A stretch of DNA of 64,000 bases from Ruditapes philippinarum (lineage: Eukaryota), in the NCBI RefSeq assembly GCF_026571515.1, contig NW_026866839.1, positions 1 to 64,000 of the forward strand, given 5' to 3'. A model generated the notes under the pieces. The model saw only the letters and a list, made by a program, of their open reading frames with translations. It made no database searches and was not told the DNA's origin. A program made the translations under genes and the position numbers. Positions 25,524-40,526 of this stretch are shown here, one piece after another (position 1 is the stretch's first letter; each line of letters starts with the position of its first letter).

Positions 25524-27736
25524 CCTGTAAATTTAATTAGATATTATTATTTTCATCATAAATACAAGTTACAATAACTTAAGAAAATGCATGTCTACGA
25601 TTGACCTTTTAATATCAAATCAAATGTTCTACTGGAGATGTAATTTTAAGCGCAATATGAATTATTCAATAGTTTCTTAATTTTAAATGTTTGTATTTTT
25701 TCTCTTCGAGTCCATTGTTCAATTTTACTATGTTTATTGCCTTGAGGTTTTATTTGCAGCAAGATCAAAGTTGAATTCGTAAGTCCTTATTTTATTCGAT
25801 TTTTCTTTTAATCGAAATTTTTAAATCAATCAGATCGATCAATCAATATAAACTGCAAAACTGGAATTTGGTAATTTGATAGAAACGGTACTGCAGAAGT
25901 TAAAGAGATAATTATCGTTCAAAGGTAGTTTCATTATCACAGTTAACATTAAAGACATTAAGAAACAAAAATCATATTAATTTCTATGAAATGTTTGAAA
26001 AACAAATTTTGATTTTCCCACCATATAGATGTTTATTTATATGAATAACACTTTGAGTAATTTACTTGGTTTCTTTACTTCTTCAATAGGCATAAAAGTC
26101 TTCTTTACCTGATAATTCATTTCAAGTGTGATTTTAAAGTTTTGGTTTAGGTATTTTTCTTATTAATCTTGATTGAAAGTTAACAAACACTGACCCGAAT
26201 TTGACACAATGATGGAATTAATTACTATTTCAGTTGTTCCATTATTGTAATATGTTTTAAAAGTGGAAACAAAATGCTTTTTTTTAAAAAAGGATAGACA
26301 TGGATATTTGTTGTAAGGATAATGAAAATATTACCTGCGAAAGATAAAATAAATTTATACACTAAATGCATATCGTGGCTTGTAAACGAGTGGCAGATAT
26401 GTTGGATATTTCTTAAGGTCGAAGAAACTAAATGCACCCTTTCAATCATAACAGAACACAATTTCTGTCATAGTTATTCAACAAAGGGTGGAGGGAAAAT
26501 CAGAGGATATTAATTCTGGTCGCAGTATCTTAACATAGTGAGGTTACATGTCCATTATGTAAAAAGAGCGCAGAATAGTGTTTGATTGAGGAGCACTCAT
26601 CTTGAAAAAACTCCTGTTGATCGTCAATAAGAAAATTACTATCAAGCACCCTGTCTACCTGTTGGAGACCTTATTTTGTTCACCAAAGGGAAATTATTTT
26701 ATGTTAATTTTACATTATTGATTTGTCAAGACAGAAGACTTTCATTGTTGATCTTGTTTATCATATTTTTTGGGATAACATAGTTTGGTTTACTACATAC
26801 ATTTGTATTTATAAGGGAAATTGTGTAAGAATGCTTATTTCATTGCTCAAATGTAGAGATTATTGTTATACAATATAACAGTAATTTTCATAATGAATGT
26901 TAATATGAGTATTTAAACTCAGAAACTTTGAAATGTTGTTGTTGATTTTTACCATTACACACACATATATGATAGATAATTTTAAAAATGCACTCCCCTA
27001 AAAGAATGTTTTGACCATTATATCTATTAGAATTTAGTTGTTATACTTTATAACTAACACTAGTTAACTAGTAAATAGCGTGTACATTGCATTGAAGTAT
27101 GACATCCGAAACACCTTAATTATAATCTAATATGTTTAGAAAAAAATAGCAGGTGACGAAAAATAAAGGCATGCAGCTTCATTACTTTTATCATTTATAA
27201 AAAAAAATATATGATTTAGATCTTGCGTAAGATAATGTGTAACAAATCGAATAATCTTGTATAATTTTTGAGTATAAATAAATGAAACTTTTTTAAACAG
27301 TTAAACAATTGAAATAATTCTTCATCATCGAAGTAAAACATGGTCCGGTAAATGTTAAATCAAAATAAATACCTGTTACTTAAGCAACTTGAAACTTGAA
27401 CATAAATTGAAATACAAACTTGAGGATTTCCAAGGCCAAAAAAAAAATATGTTTGTTTCCCCTTCCCGACCCATTAAAATTAGGGTATGAACCAAAATTT
27501 ATATGTGCATAATGATAAATAATCTGCATATAGATGTATAATGAACTGTTAAAATTAATTTATTAAGTGCAATAGTATATGTACATGCATTACCATATTC
27601 ACAACTGACAGATGTAACAATTTATTAACAGTGCTAGTTGTCTAAAATATCAGATTAGATTGTACCTATTGTACTATCAAAGAAAAAAAATACTTCATCC
27701 CCTAAGACATGTAAGACCCTGAAAAAATCTTTTGGG

Positions 27737-28180
27737 TAGAAAGTATAAATACGACAGAGAATCTACCACAGCGAAATTTGTCCATTGATAATATTGACCT
27801 CTATGAAGGAAGGTATTGTTGTGATGAACATTTCATGTTGGAGTCCCTTTGGGAAACAGTTAATTTCGCATCATTCGTTTCGTTTGTATTGTCGAAAATC
27901 GTAGTAATGACATACTGGTTCGACTACACTGAGATCATAATTTTCTTCAATATTTTTCAAAATAGGTCCAGTCTTATCAAAATCGCTAGTTATATCGAAA
28001 AACTGATGCTAAAAAAAGTGCGGATTCTAAAGGCATGATGTTTTATTACATGCAAATTTATTTTCCCCATGATTCATATAATGAGTTAATACATCGTATA
28101 TTTATAAATGTCTGCAATATAACTCTTATGTTATGTGATTGACTTCATTGCGTTTGTGAGAGGAAATGCGTGTGTAATGC
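27737..28180 (-). pseudogene. Heavily decayed internal remnant of a cGLR gene
   Basis: Matches to cGLR coding sequence: 'gtagaaagtataaat..agagaatctaccacagc', 'gagatcataattttcttcaatatttttcaaaata', 'tgattcatataatgagttaat', with large deletions. Confidence 0.75.
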
Positions 28181-28327
28181 ATTGGCTAGACGAATAGTTC
28201 TTTTGATTAAGTGGCCCGAACATGAATCATTTTATGTAAAGGTTTTTAGAAACAAAAATATATATCAAGAGGTATTCGTAACTTGACTGACATACGCCTA
28301 TATCGATTTTTTTTTCAAATTCATTTA

Positions 28328-28951
28328 GGCCCTGCCACATTAGACTGCTCTTTCACTGCGTTTGACCGACGCTGTAAAATTTAACAAAACGCCGCGAGAT
28401 CCTAATAAAAGTGTTATAATTTTAATGACATGGAGACTTCACTGAGTCTTCACTGCGTCCTCATTGCAATCATGGCTATGCTAGGGAGCATCCATGGCGT
28501 TTTAACTGGTGATTGTCTGCGTTCAGAATGTGCTTCTACTGCGTTCTTTGCGCTTCCACTGCACTTTTACGGTGCTCACGCGTCATTCGTACTGCGCTGA
28601 ATTCGAAAATTCCGTAAATTAGCAGAGCACACTTAATACTAGACGTAGTATAAGTTTAATTTCCGTACAAGCGCGCATTCTTTCGGAGTTCCTTTTACGC
28701 TTTCGGGGCGCACATGTTGCGTTGTCGTAGATGCTACTCAGTTTCTACGGCGTCCTTACTGCGATCCCACAGCGCTCTTATCAGAACGCCGAGTTACGGC
28801 GTTTGTTATGAGCATGCTCAAATTGCGCGTCGTCGGTCAGCATTCTATGCGATACCACTACGATACTGTCACGATGCTGCGGCGATGTTTGTAATCTTAC
28901 TGCGCTCACCTCGGCGTTCTGAATTTACGCCGCCCTAGTGTGACAGGGGTT
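28328..28951. mobile_element. GC-richer non-autonomous DNA element, PIF/Harbinger-like
   Basis: Imperfect terminal inverted repeats ccctgccacattag / ctagtgtgacaggg, flanked by TTA. Confidence 0.55.
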
Positions 28952-31848
28952 TTATTTCGGCATAATGAAGGCGTAGTCTCTACTGTAATTCTTATAATTC
29001 TCACCACATTAATGAATCTAGACAACTTCAGAGTCAACCTCTAATAACTACGTAGATAAAAAAATGTACTGTTTATCATTCCATTTTTTATTACTATGAA
29101 ATATGAAATATATTTATAAATATAAAGAAATACATGTAGCATAATTATCATCTATAAAAGACCTAGGGGACACAAACTTTTGATAATACTACTTATTTCT
29201 GTGTGAACGCTAAATTAATGTTGTAACAACTTTTAAGTGACATTTTATATATACATACAATTATTCTTCTAAACCATTTTCTAAACATTAAAAAATATGT
29301 TAAATATGTACTCCAAATGTTTATTCGCATTATAATTAATCATTAAAATTTATGCATTCATTCCTTATTGAAAAGTTTAGCTATGACTTAATCGAAAATA
29401 AATTTCTATTATCTTTCTTTATTAACATGAAATGAAAATTCGGTAATATCTTTACAAAAAATGTTTTTTTTGAACTTACAATATTAATAAATCGTCATTA
29501 GAGCGTTAGATTTATGATATAAAACCATAAAAATTGAGTTACAGGATCTTTAAGTGCATTACAATATGTGAAATTACTAAATATATTTTTGCCCTTTTAT
29601 GAACGATAAAATTGATATGATCGTGTGATGCTTTTAAACCAAAAAGATCAGTTTGTAGTTTAAATGACATGATTCTCCAAATTGGAAACGAACGATTTAT
29701 TCAATTTATAAAGTTGTTAGGTAGCTTAAGTTTCTTTATATAATTATCCCAAAATAATGCTTTATTAAAGCAGGACATAAACGTACATGAAAAGCTTTTT
29801 TACAAAATCACAAGGTGATTAATATTTTCAGCATTCATTGCTCTGCAAAATCAAACTGGCCCTTAATTAGAGTACAGATTTATCATTGAAAGCATTTGCA
29901 TTTTGCAAATACTAAAATAACCGAAGGTAAATTGTATTCAACATAACTATGGCAATATATAATTTACATAGGAAGAACGTCCAAAACTTCGTATCAACAA
30001 AATCATTTATTAATTGTATAAATATATATAAGTACACTCTATTAATAAAATTTAATATCTCATCTACAACAGCAGGTTAAAATAGGACATATCAACAAGA
30101 TATGATTAAAAAGATATGATATCATTTATTGAAATTGTTTAAATACCTGACACCACTATCTTAATGTTAGTGTGAGTACGAAATAACTTTCAATGACTTG
30201 TATTATTGTACTCAAACATGAGCATGCTTGCGATACATAACATAAATTGAAAGTAAAACTCATTTTGTCTCCCAGCATCAAATTCTTGTATCATGAATGG
30301 TGTCCCCCAGTTTAACTTATGTACTTTACTTTCAACCCTGCTCATCCTCCCCTGAAAATTAAACGATACTTCTTTATTAAACAGAAAAAAAGTTTAAGTA
30401 TTATTTACTTTGTTTATGGGCAGTACCGGAAAGTGCAATCTACCGTCCCCCTTGAGCTTCAGCAGAGATAAACTTGGAAATGATTTGAATTTGGAAACAT
30501 CGGCTAATGTGTTCATACGGCGGTGAGCGTCGAATCGTCAATGTTACATGTCTGTGCCATTCCCTGAAAAAAACAGAAACAGACTTGTTTTATGTAGAAT
30601 TGCTTCAGTGTGATATACAAGTTATCAATAGATGCTTTAAATCTCTCATATATAAAGAGAAACATAATTGTTAGAAACATAGTATGTCGATTAACAAAAT
30701 AAATACACGTTTCTGCGATCGACCATTTTTTTTATTCATCGAGAGACTTAGTAGTACTCACTTTTAGAAAAAAATATGTCGATAGTAAATAAACCATTCT
30801 AAATAAAGCCTTAGAACAAAACCTCTACAACTTTCGATAATGAAATGTACATATAAGATTATATTATTTTCTATAAAGAAAAGATTAAACAAAATCTTTT
30901 GACTCTTTATCAAATATTTTACTATCATCAAAATTTAACCGTATATCGAAGTGAGGTGTTATATATGTGAATGTTGGTGTATGTATTTTATACATGTGTT
31001 AATACAAAATTACAGCGGAAAAACAATATGCAGTAGACGTAAAAATACATTTTAATACATGAAAATAGATACATACATCTCTTTCATCATGAGACGTTAA
31101 TTTCATTTCCACCGAACGTCTGGCTAGGTGGATACATGTATGTTCAAAATCTTAAAACGCACTTCTCTGACTGACAAATAAGATAATCTAAATAACAAAT
31201 AAGAAAATAAATATGATTAACAATAGATAGAGTCTTATGTTAGTATATTTGAAAGGCAAATTACTTACTTGTTTAAAGATGAAATGTTGTATGAAACAAA
31301 TGAAACGTTTCTGATGACTTTATATTGTACGTATGCAATCTCTGTTGCTATCATAGATAAATAAGATAAACATAAAATTTGATAAAATCAACAATTTAAA
31401 TAATGAAATACGTAAACCAAAACCACGATAAGTTAGATAGTAAAGTACAGTTTCATACTCCACAACAGCAGGTTTCAAGATCAACGTGGCAGCTGTAACA
31501 GGTTGCCCTGTACTACACTTCAGTGTTGTTATCTTTTACTGGCCCTTCTTGATAATTTCTTTTTACCAAATTAGTTTTGAAAACTGAACACCGCTTAAGC
31601 TGGTGCTACAGTCGTGAAGATTGATGCATTTTCCTAGTATCGCTCATGCACAGATTTAAAACACAGAGTATTTTCATGTAACTGTGGTTTTCTTTTTCCC
31701 CGAGTTCCAAGCGGGCGGGGAGAGGCGCAGAAAAGTGAAAGAACTGAGATGTAATTAAATGAGAAGATACTAGTACTTATAGTAGATGAGGTGACAGGCG
31801 GGACACATACGTGTCATAAAATTTGTATGTCACAATAAACAAGACATA

Positions 31849-32416
31849 CGAGGTATGTTCAAAAAGTTCGTGGATTTTTGCTGTCATTTTTTACTTGGTT
31901 CATAAAAACACCTTTAGTGGATATGAATCGAAAGAGTGTCTTTATTTCTAAAAGTAAGATTTACTTTCATTGTAAACTTGTATTTCCTTTACGAGTTATG
32001 TACACTTTAATAACCATGGCAACGTTACATCGGCGCACGCCAAATTTTTCATATAATGTTTAAATATAAACAAATGTTGAAACAAACTGAATGATTGTTT
32101 TATGAAGTAAAATACAAGTAATCATTTACTAATATTTAACTGATGTAAATCTGAAATTTGACGTCGTCTGGACGTTGAATAGCTGAACAAACAGGTTTTG
32201 AGTAGCAGTAGACAGACGGGTTAGATGGGAAGTATAAAGCCCGTTTAAAACTAGAAATTCGCTCTTTCAGAAATTTTGTAAACATATTGTATTGATTTTT
32301 TCACTGTTTATTAAGGACATATTTTCATATATGTCTCTTGTAAAATCATATACGCAAATAAAAAAAAAGATGTGAACAGTAGAACCGGAGTCCACGAACT
32401 TTTTGAACAGCCCTCG
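31849..32416. mobile_element. Non-autonomous Tc1/mariner element (568 bp)
   Basis: TIRs cgaggtatgttcaaaaagttcgtgga / tccacgaactttttgaacagccctcg with TA target-site duplication on both sides. No transposase ORF. Confidence 0.85.
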
Positions 32417-33390
32417 TACATCTGAAGAGAATAGAGCGGCGGCGCCTTGGAAGCGTCAGCAGCATTAACACTCCCCGGAGTTAAAATTGATTAATGGTGC
32501 ACCATACCTCACTGTTAGCCCCTAAACATGATCTTTTTTAAACAAGCCATGTAAATAAAATGAATTCCTACCATCTGTAAAAGTGTTTGAACATTAAGCA
32601 TGTAGTATGTCTTAAAGGAGTAGGGTCATAACCCCTATTTATAAAATGTTGCATTATTTTGGTGAAAAAGAAAATTATCATGACCCAAGATCTTTCGAAG
32701 TTTGTGAATCATATCCCCATCAAAATCAAATCCTTATACATCACAACAGCAGGTAAAAAGGGCCGTCTTGTAGCCCGGACTTAACGTCAGTGGTGTTATA
32801 TGTATTTCATGGTCGTTCGGGATATTAGGATAATATTGCGTCAATGCACTGCGGTGTGCTTTAGTTTTAAACATTTTACGAGGGTCATTTTTGAATGTTT
32901 TATGACGGTAATTTCATTCCATGAAATATGAGAGCAAACAAAACCTTGTTTGACTCAGTATAATTCAGTGTAGCTAGATTTAATAACACAATACGTAAGG
33001 ATAAGTCTCCTTATTTCTAATATTAAATTTACCTCTACTCTTTGGATACTGTGCATAGTACGAACTCTCGATATTTTGAATAATTTAAATCATAAAAAAC
33101 ATATATCATGAAATATATATAGAATGTAATAAATAAGATTTTAACTTTTCAGAGCATAAACAAGTATATAGGGGTATAAAAATATTTATTGTAGGCAGTT
33201 CAGAAACTGGAAGTTGAAAGATCATATGATTTAAATGATATCACATCAAATAGTTTCATTGTTAACTGATAAAATGAAATAAGTAAATACCGGGTTAGTT
33301 TATCAGACACATTTATTAAGGTTATGTCCTATTCAAATGTACAAATTAATACAGATAAGTAAGTTTTGTACTGTTACACCTCATAAGATT

Positions 33391-33668
33391 TGCATTTTGC
33401 AAGGTTGGAAATTGCCGCCTGTTTATCCCTAACTTCTAAGATGAGACTATGTCTTACACTGTAGAAAGTATAAATAAGGCAGAGAATCTACCAAAGCCAA
33501 ATCCATCCATTCATCATCTTCACTTCTATAAGGGAGGACTTGTTTTGATGACCTTAACATTTCATGTTGGAGTTCGTAGGGGCAGCAGCTTCTTTCAAAT
33601 CGCAGAAATCTAACACAGGATGCAGTTATACTCTGTAACAATGTCTATTCATAATCTGCTTCATAAAT
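33391..33668 (-). pseudogene. cGLR remnant, paralog of 1028-1439
   Basis: ORF 33447-33641 translates 'LQSITASCVRFLR...HEMLRS...EWMDLALVDSLPYLYFLQ', matching the cGLR C-terminal region. Confidence 0.9.
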
Positions 33669-33674
33669 TGCTTT

Positions 33675-34700
33675 TTCGTCTATAGTTTTAATATTTGACA
33701 TGGAGGCTATTCATAATTAGTAGATGACCTCTATTGATTTTGAGGTCAATATGTCAAAGGTCACAAGGAAATTGCCTAAATAAAGCTTGTCTGCCCAATA
33801 ACTTAAGAATCCTTTGACCCACAGTCTTTATATTTTGCATGAAAGTTGGTCATGATAAAAAGAAGACCCCAACAGATTTTTAGGTCACTGGGTCAAAGGT
33901 CAAGGTCTCGGTGGCCTTGACTAAAAAATTTTTTTTTGCTCAATAATTTAAGAATCATTCACCCCACAGTCTACATATTTGGCATGGAGGTTAGTCATGA
34001 TAATTAGATGACCCCTATTGATTTTGAGGTCACAAGGTCAAAGGGGCCTTGACTAAATAAAGCTTGTCCACCAAATAAATTAAGAATCCTTTGACTCACA
34101 TTCTTCATATTTGGCATGGAAGTTGGTCATGACCATATGATGACCCATGTTGCTTTTGAGGTCACTTGGTCAAAGGTCAATGTCACAGGGACCTTAAGAT
34201 CAAAAAGCCTGTCCGCTCAATTGCATAAGAATGCTTTGGTCAACAGTCTTCAAATTTAGTGTTGAGGTTGGGTATGACTATAAAATGACCTCTATTGATT
34301 TTCAGGTGACTGTGTCAAAGGTCAAGGTCACAGGGGCTTTTACTACAATAACATTGTCTGCTCAAATGCTAAGAATGCCTGTCAGAAGTGAATTGATTCT
34401 GACATTTTCACATTTGGTGCATATAATTATGTTCTCATATATTCATCATAAAACATCCCTAGGCAAAGCTGCATGAATTAGGGGGGGGTATTCAAGTCAT
34501 GCAGTGGCAGTTTTAGTTTTCAGGTCAGTAGGTCAAAGTTAAAAGCATGTAGAATACTGAATTTAGCAATTCACTGGCTTACTACCCTCAGGTTTGGCTG
34601 AGGATTGTCCCTGAGCTCTAAATGACCACTGTTTATTCTGACAAAGTGGTATGCGGGGGGGGGGGGTATTCACGCCATGACATTGGCAGTTCTAGTCTAC
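33675..34700 (+). repeat. Helitron/Helentron-derived repeat, paralog of 2445-3590
   Basis: Same subunits. Ends with hairpin-like 'gccatgacattggc' followed by 'agttCTAGt'. Confidence 0.6.
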
Positions 34701-37700
34701 AACTAGTAATACCCAAACCCAATGACCTACCTCACAAATATTTCTTTTAGGAAAACAAATTCATCAACAGTGAAAATCATTAAGTGACGGTGCATATAAA
34801 TTTACTTTTCAGCTCCTCTATTAAAAGAATAGCAGGGCTAAATGTAATCACTGGAATCCACAACATTGTATTATTTCTGAAAGTTTAATGGGCATTTTTG
34901 TGCAGCATCATATCTTATCAATAATTTGAATATTTGCTTGCAACTTTACACATGTGGTTTTGAGATCATAATTGGTAACTAGTCTACAGTTCCGGACTTT
35001 GACTGATTTATGGCCCCTGATGAACCAAAAAAAATCTTTGTTGAAATCACTCATCACAGGTACTCGCGGTGTTCTCTTGAAACTTATAACATATATTCAT
35101 GGTGATAAACGGGGTCAGACTAAAGGGCCCTAAACTCTGAGGTGGATTTTGTTGGCAATTCTGTATGGCCATTTGTGAGATTAAATAAATTGTGTTTAAA
35201 ATTTCACATGAAATATCAATATTTAAAAGTTCTTAATAAAATACTCATTTGAAACTTAATACACATCTCCATGATTATCTACAATTAGAGTTCACTTTCC
35301 ATTGTCCATAACTCGGGTATGAATTTTTTACTTGAGTTAAGCTTTGCATGTTACAATTTTCTCAACTACTGAAGGTTTTCTCTTGAAAATTGATACATGC
35401 CTTCTTGATTATAATTATAGGTCACTTTCAAAGACCCAAATATTTGCCTTGAAATATTACTGTATTATAGAAACTATTGATGGAAGTTTCATTAAACTAA
35501 ATTCATGTCTCTAAATCGTAATGAAAGTCACTTACAAAGACAAATAACTCTGACGTGATTAAAGTAAATTATAGCCTTTTTTGTGAACATGCAAATATCT
35601 GGGTCACTGTCCAAGACTCGTATGTGTCTGTTCATTCTTAGATTACCAAGACCTAGCACTGGAAATAGTTGCATGTGAAGTTCTGCTGACAGCTCTTATA
35701 AAATATTTTGCGGGAAATTCGTTTACTTTTTTTCTCGATTATTCAAGCAAGCAGTTCTCTAATTGTTTTTATAATGTTTAATAATATCTCTATTGTGTAT
35801 CCACAATTTCATAAAATCAGATTGCCAATATTGAATTTTAGTACTACAGTAGATGGTTCCGCTACCCGTCTTATGCGCGGGTGCGTCTTTTATGAAGGTA
35901 ATTGTGTGCGTTTTTTACGCGGGTAATTTCTAAAAACGCAGTGATATAATCGCTGCTGTTACGCTAATGAATTAAAATCTAGCAAATGAAACAAACACGG
36001 CATGGGAAGCAACAATGCAGACTAAAAGAAAGAAAACGATGAATATGTAAGCCACTTAATCTTCTATGTTATTTTTTTATTATTTTAATACTCGGTTTCA
36101 TGCAGTGGATCACTGCAGTCAGATCTTTAACTATGGCTTTCTTTGACTCTTGGATTATCAAAGTCTCGGTTAAGGTCCGGTTCTGCAGGGACAGTTAGAT
36201 GTCAAAACTATTCGAAATGTGACTTTGAAATATCCATTGGTATTTTAACGCCGAAACAAAATCACCATAGTGCCTCATTTATCCCGCTAATCCCGCATTG
36301 CCCCCATTGGTTACCGTGTTGTGTTTGTACCATGTTTTCTATTGATTCATTGAGCGGTGTAGGCAATATTTCAAGACTGGCGATAGTCCACGAGTGAAAT
36401 AGGATAAATTTAATTCCACAAGGTGAAAATAAATAATGTATTGATTGAAAAAATGAACAAAAAAAACGTTTCCTGTTTATTACATTTGTCTCTTTTTTGA
36501 GATCACAATCTGAATGCTTCCCCCCTTTAATGGCTGAATAGAAGGAAGTAATATGACAAGACACCAGTGAAGAATGCGGAAACAAAAATACGCTTTTATT
36601 TCATCAATATTTTATTTATCAGTATATAATATATTTTCTTAATTAATTTACATGAAAACAATAACAAAATGATATTGTTCTTCACAATTTATTATACCAG
36701 TTAACAGTACAATGTGACGCAGATGGCACAAATAATTCCATTTTTAGGTATCTTTTAATTATAGACACATAAGATATCACAAAAAATGGACAACATCAAA
36801 ACTTACATTGGCAACTAATTGATTAATTGAAAATAAATAAATACATTTTTAATTAAGAAAAATTAAAAGAATTTTGTATTATGTATTGATGATGCTACTT
36901 AATTCTATGAAATAGGTGGATATATTGGACCAAGCATAGCTTGAAGGATTATAGAGTCGAAATAATTGCATGAAGACATTGTGGTATAAATTTAAACTAT
37001 TTGTTCAAAACGGGTTTTATGAACTAATTGTTTTTTGTTTGTTTGTTTTTTGTTGTTTTTTTTTTAATTTTTTTTTATAACTGATATAACCATCTGTTGC
37101 TTCCAACTTCTCCCATGTTACATGTATAATTTACAACTGTCGTCATCGTTTTCAACAGTTGTCTTGTTCTTCGACTGTATGTCGCGGTCAAATAATATGT
37201 TTGTAGAATAACATAATACAATTATATATAGATAGATATAGATTGTTATTATAAAATGTCCCTACAAAATGATCTCCACATTTAAATGATAAGAAACTAT
37301 ATATAGAAGCATCGAGCTAGTTCAGTGTATATAAGGTCGTGTATATCAGAACTATCTATTTGTTTATGGTGCAGTATTTCAGGTATGTAAAATACATTTT
37401 TGAAATAAAAATTATACTTTTTCGATCATACATATTTTGACGACTGGGAGTTAAAGCATATTACTTTTTTGAAACACAAATATATATAACTCTTATATTA
37501 ACTTTTAATGAATGCGCGTTACTCTATATTTTCATCTTATGCTTAACATAATGTACTGTAATACCTACAATTTACGGAGTATGCAAGTCTTATTTTAATT
37601 ACAATTTTCATCATGCCTCATATTTCGGTCGGTAAAGGACCACAGGGCGGGCCAAACTATGCGATAAAAGAATCTCAAAAACAATACTAAAGGAGTAAGG

Positions 37701-38344
37701 GTAAATCGACCTGATATGGTTATTCGAAAACAAATCTTCCCATGTTTGTAACTTGGTAAAAATATGGCGATAAAGTTCGTAAATTATGTCATACGTTCCA
37801 TAAAGCATACGAAGCGCCATGTTGATAAAAATATATACATGAATATTGATATTTTTTCTATAGCTTGAATATTTCACTTATCTGAAGGCTTGCAGCTTTT
37901 AAAAACAAAATATTACTGTGCACACCTATGAATGTAATTTCAATCAATCGTTTGATTGGAGAATGATTGTTAATAACTGATACACAACGGTGTAATAATG
38001 TTTTAATCGCACCAGGATTTTGCATATGTTGACGAAAAACACTTAAGGAAGGATTGACACAAAAAACATGAATATATTTTGTTTAAAGAAGGATTGACTT
38101 AAACTAAATTGATATACATTTTATTATATTAACTAGTACATATCTACGTCACTAATCGATGTTTTTATTACGTGGTCCAGTAACTTTATGAATTATTCAA
38201 AACAACGAAAGTATTACGTTTAGATATTTTGGCATCTTATTTTAACTACTATTGCACAGAAGGAAAAAAAGATGAACAATCCGTAAATTTTTCTATATTG
38301 TATTTATTGTCCTTGTTATATTTAAAGATTTATATATCACTATT

Positions 38345-38782
38345 TATTCCCGTGTTATATAGCATTAACGTGTTATATAGCATTAACGTGTTATATACCA
38401 TTCCCGTGTTATAAAGCATTCCCGCGTTTATAGCATAAACGTGTTATATAGCATTAACGTGTTATATAGCATTAGCGTGTTATATAGCATTAATGTGTTA
38501 TATATCATTCCCGTGTTATAAAGCATTAGCGTGTTATATAGCATTAACGTGTTATATATCATTCCCGTGTTATAAAGCATTCCCGCGTCTATAGCATCAA
38601 CGTGTTATATAGCATTCCCGTGTTATAAAGCATGAGCGTGTTATACAGCATTAACGTGTTATATATCATTCCCGTGTTATAAAGCATTCCCACATTTATA
38701 GCATAAACGTGTTTTATAACATTCCCGTGTTATATAGCATTAACGTGTTATATAGCATAAACGTGTTATATGGCATTAACGT
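38345..38782. repeat. 18-bp minisatellite (~24 units)
   Basis: Variants gcattaacgtgttatata / cattcccgtgttataaag. Only ~5 units at the paralogous site 6314-6398. Confidence 0.9.
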
Positions 38783-39264
38783 AAACAATTAAATAACAGT
38801 AATACTTCAAACGGTAAAAAGTGAGGCATTGATAAAAAGATAGATTTAAAATATTTTTTAAATAATATATAAACTTTTTAATGATGCACACAATATCCAG
38901 CCATGTTCCATATGTATGAAAAGCATACAATGTATGTTTCCTTTCTGTTTATAAAGAAAATTCGGACATTTTTCAATTAAACGACTATAGAAAACTGATA
39001 TAATTATATACAAATGTACCCCACTGTTAATCAGCAAGAAATTAACCGTAATTAAATATAACGGGTTGATAGTTGTTGCTTTTTTTTTTTTTTTTTTTGG
39101 GGGGGGGGGTGTTTGTTTGTTTTAACTTCTAGCAAATAACCTTCAAGTAAACTCAAATGTGACGTCAAAAATAACAGTTTTAACAAACTTTATAAGAGCC
39201 TTTTGTGTCTAATTAACGTACGGCAGTACCATCTATATCACCACCTTCCCTTTAGATCTAATAT

Positions 39265-39468
39265 GAGCCACGTACGACAAAACCAACGTAATGCGTTTGC
39301 GACCAGCATGGATCCAGACCAGCCTGCGCATCCGCGCAGTCTGATCAGGATCCATGCTGTTGGCTATCAGTTTCTCTACTTGTAATAGGGTTTGTAAGCG
39401 AACAGCATGTATCCTGATCAGACTGCTGGTCGCAAACGCATTACGTTGGTTTTGTCGTGACGCGGCTC
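39265..39468. mobile_element. Palindromic MITE (family copy 2)
   Basis: GAG...CTC termini flanked by atat/atat. Absent at the paralogous site ~7512. Confidence 0.8.
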
Positions 39469-40526
39469 ATATTATCAATACATTAAATCTACAACCGGTT
39501 CATAAAACTAAACAATCCCCGGGACACTAATGATTGATCTCTGTATAACAGGATAGGTAAAATCTAGATAAAGATGATGATACATTGATGTAACATCAAA
39601 ACATTCGTACGTACATCCTGTTTTAAGTGTCTCTATATAAACATATTTGAACTGAATATGTGGCACATATGATTGTATATAGTTTGTAGGTTCAGGGGAA
39701 ATTAACTTGTTACGTTTTTATGTTCATTTTTATAACCAGAGTATGTTTTTTATTAAATCTTTTTTTTTCCTTTTTTTATTGAGCGATAAATGATACAGAA
39801 TTATAACAAAAAATGTGAAGATGACTTTTTAAATCTAGAAGAATTGTTATACTGAATTTTGCAGCCAAAAAGAGTATATCAATTGAAAAAATTTTAGGGG
39901 TGTTCTCAGAGAACTTAAAAAAGTATCTTCTAATCAATAAATATAATATTAATATTCTGTTTTTTGTTTTTTTATTTGTGCATGCATGCGTGCCAGTGTG
40001 CGTGCGCTTGTGTGTCCTTCCAATTTGTATTTAGTCATGTAATGGACTATATTTGATATTTTTTATTTTCAGATAAACATGTTGTCTCCATTTCTGAAAT
40101 ACACTATATTCTGCGCCTTGTTCATTGGTTCAATTAAAAGCTGGGATCCAGATGCTGGCCTCATCAAGTCATATACGAAGTTACATAACGTAACAGTCCA
40201 AGCATCGTCTGGTACCCATCCTGAAAATGTTATTGACAGTAACGACAACACGAACTGGGTATCAGCGCACTGTTTACCATACGGGTATCTGAATAGAAAT
40301 GATGTTAATATAATTTTTGGCGCGTGCAAAACTGGCGCGTGCTTATCAAGTGGGAATTCTGGGAATGGTCTCGGAAACGCGACAGACGGAAACCCTTATA
40401 CGGCAGCGCACGTGCAGAAAAACGGGTCATCAGCGTTTCTTTCTGTGGATTTAGTAAATTCCCAAGTTTTGCAAATAATTTCAGTCGGCGGGGTGTTTCC
40501 AAGTGTCACAGGGTGAGAAAAATGTG

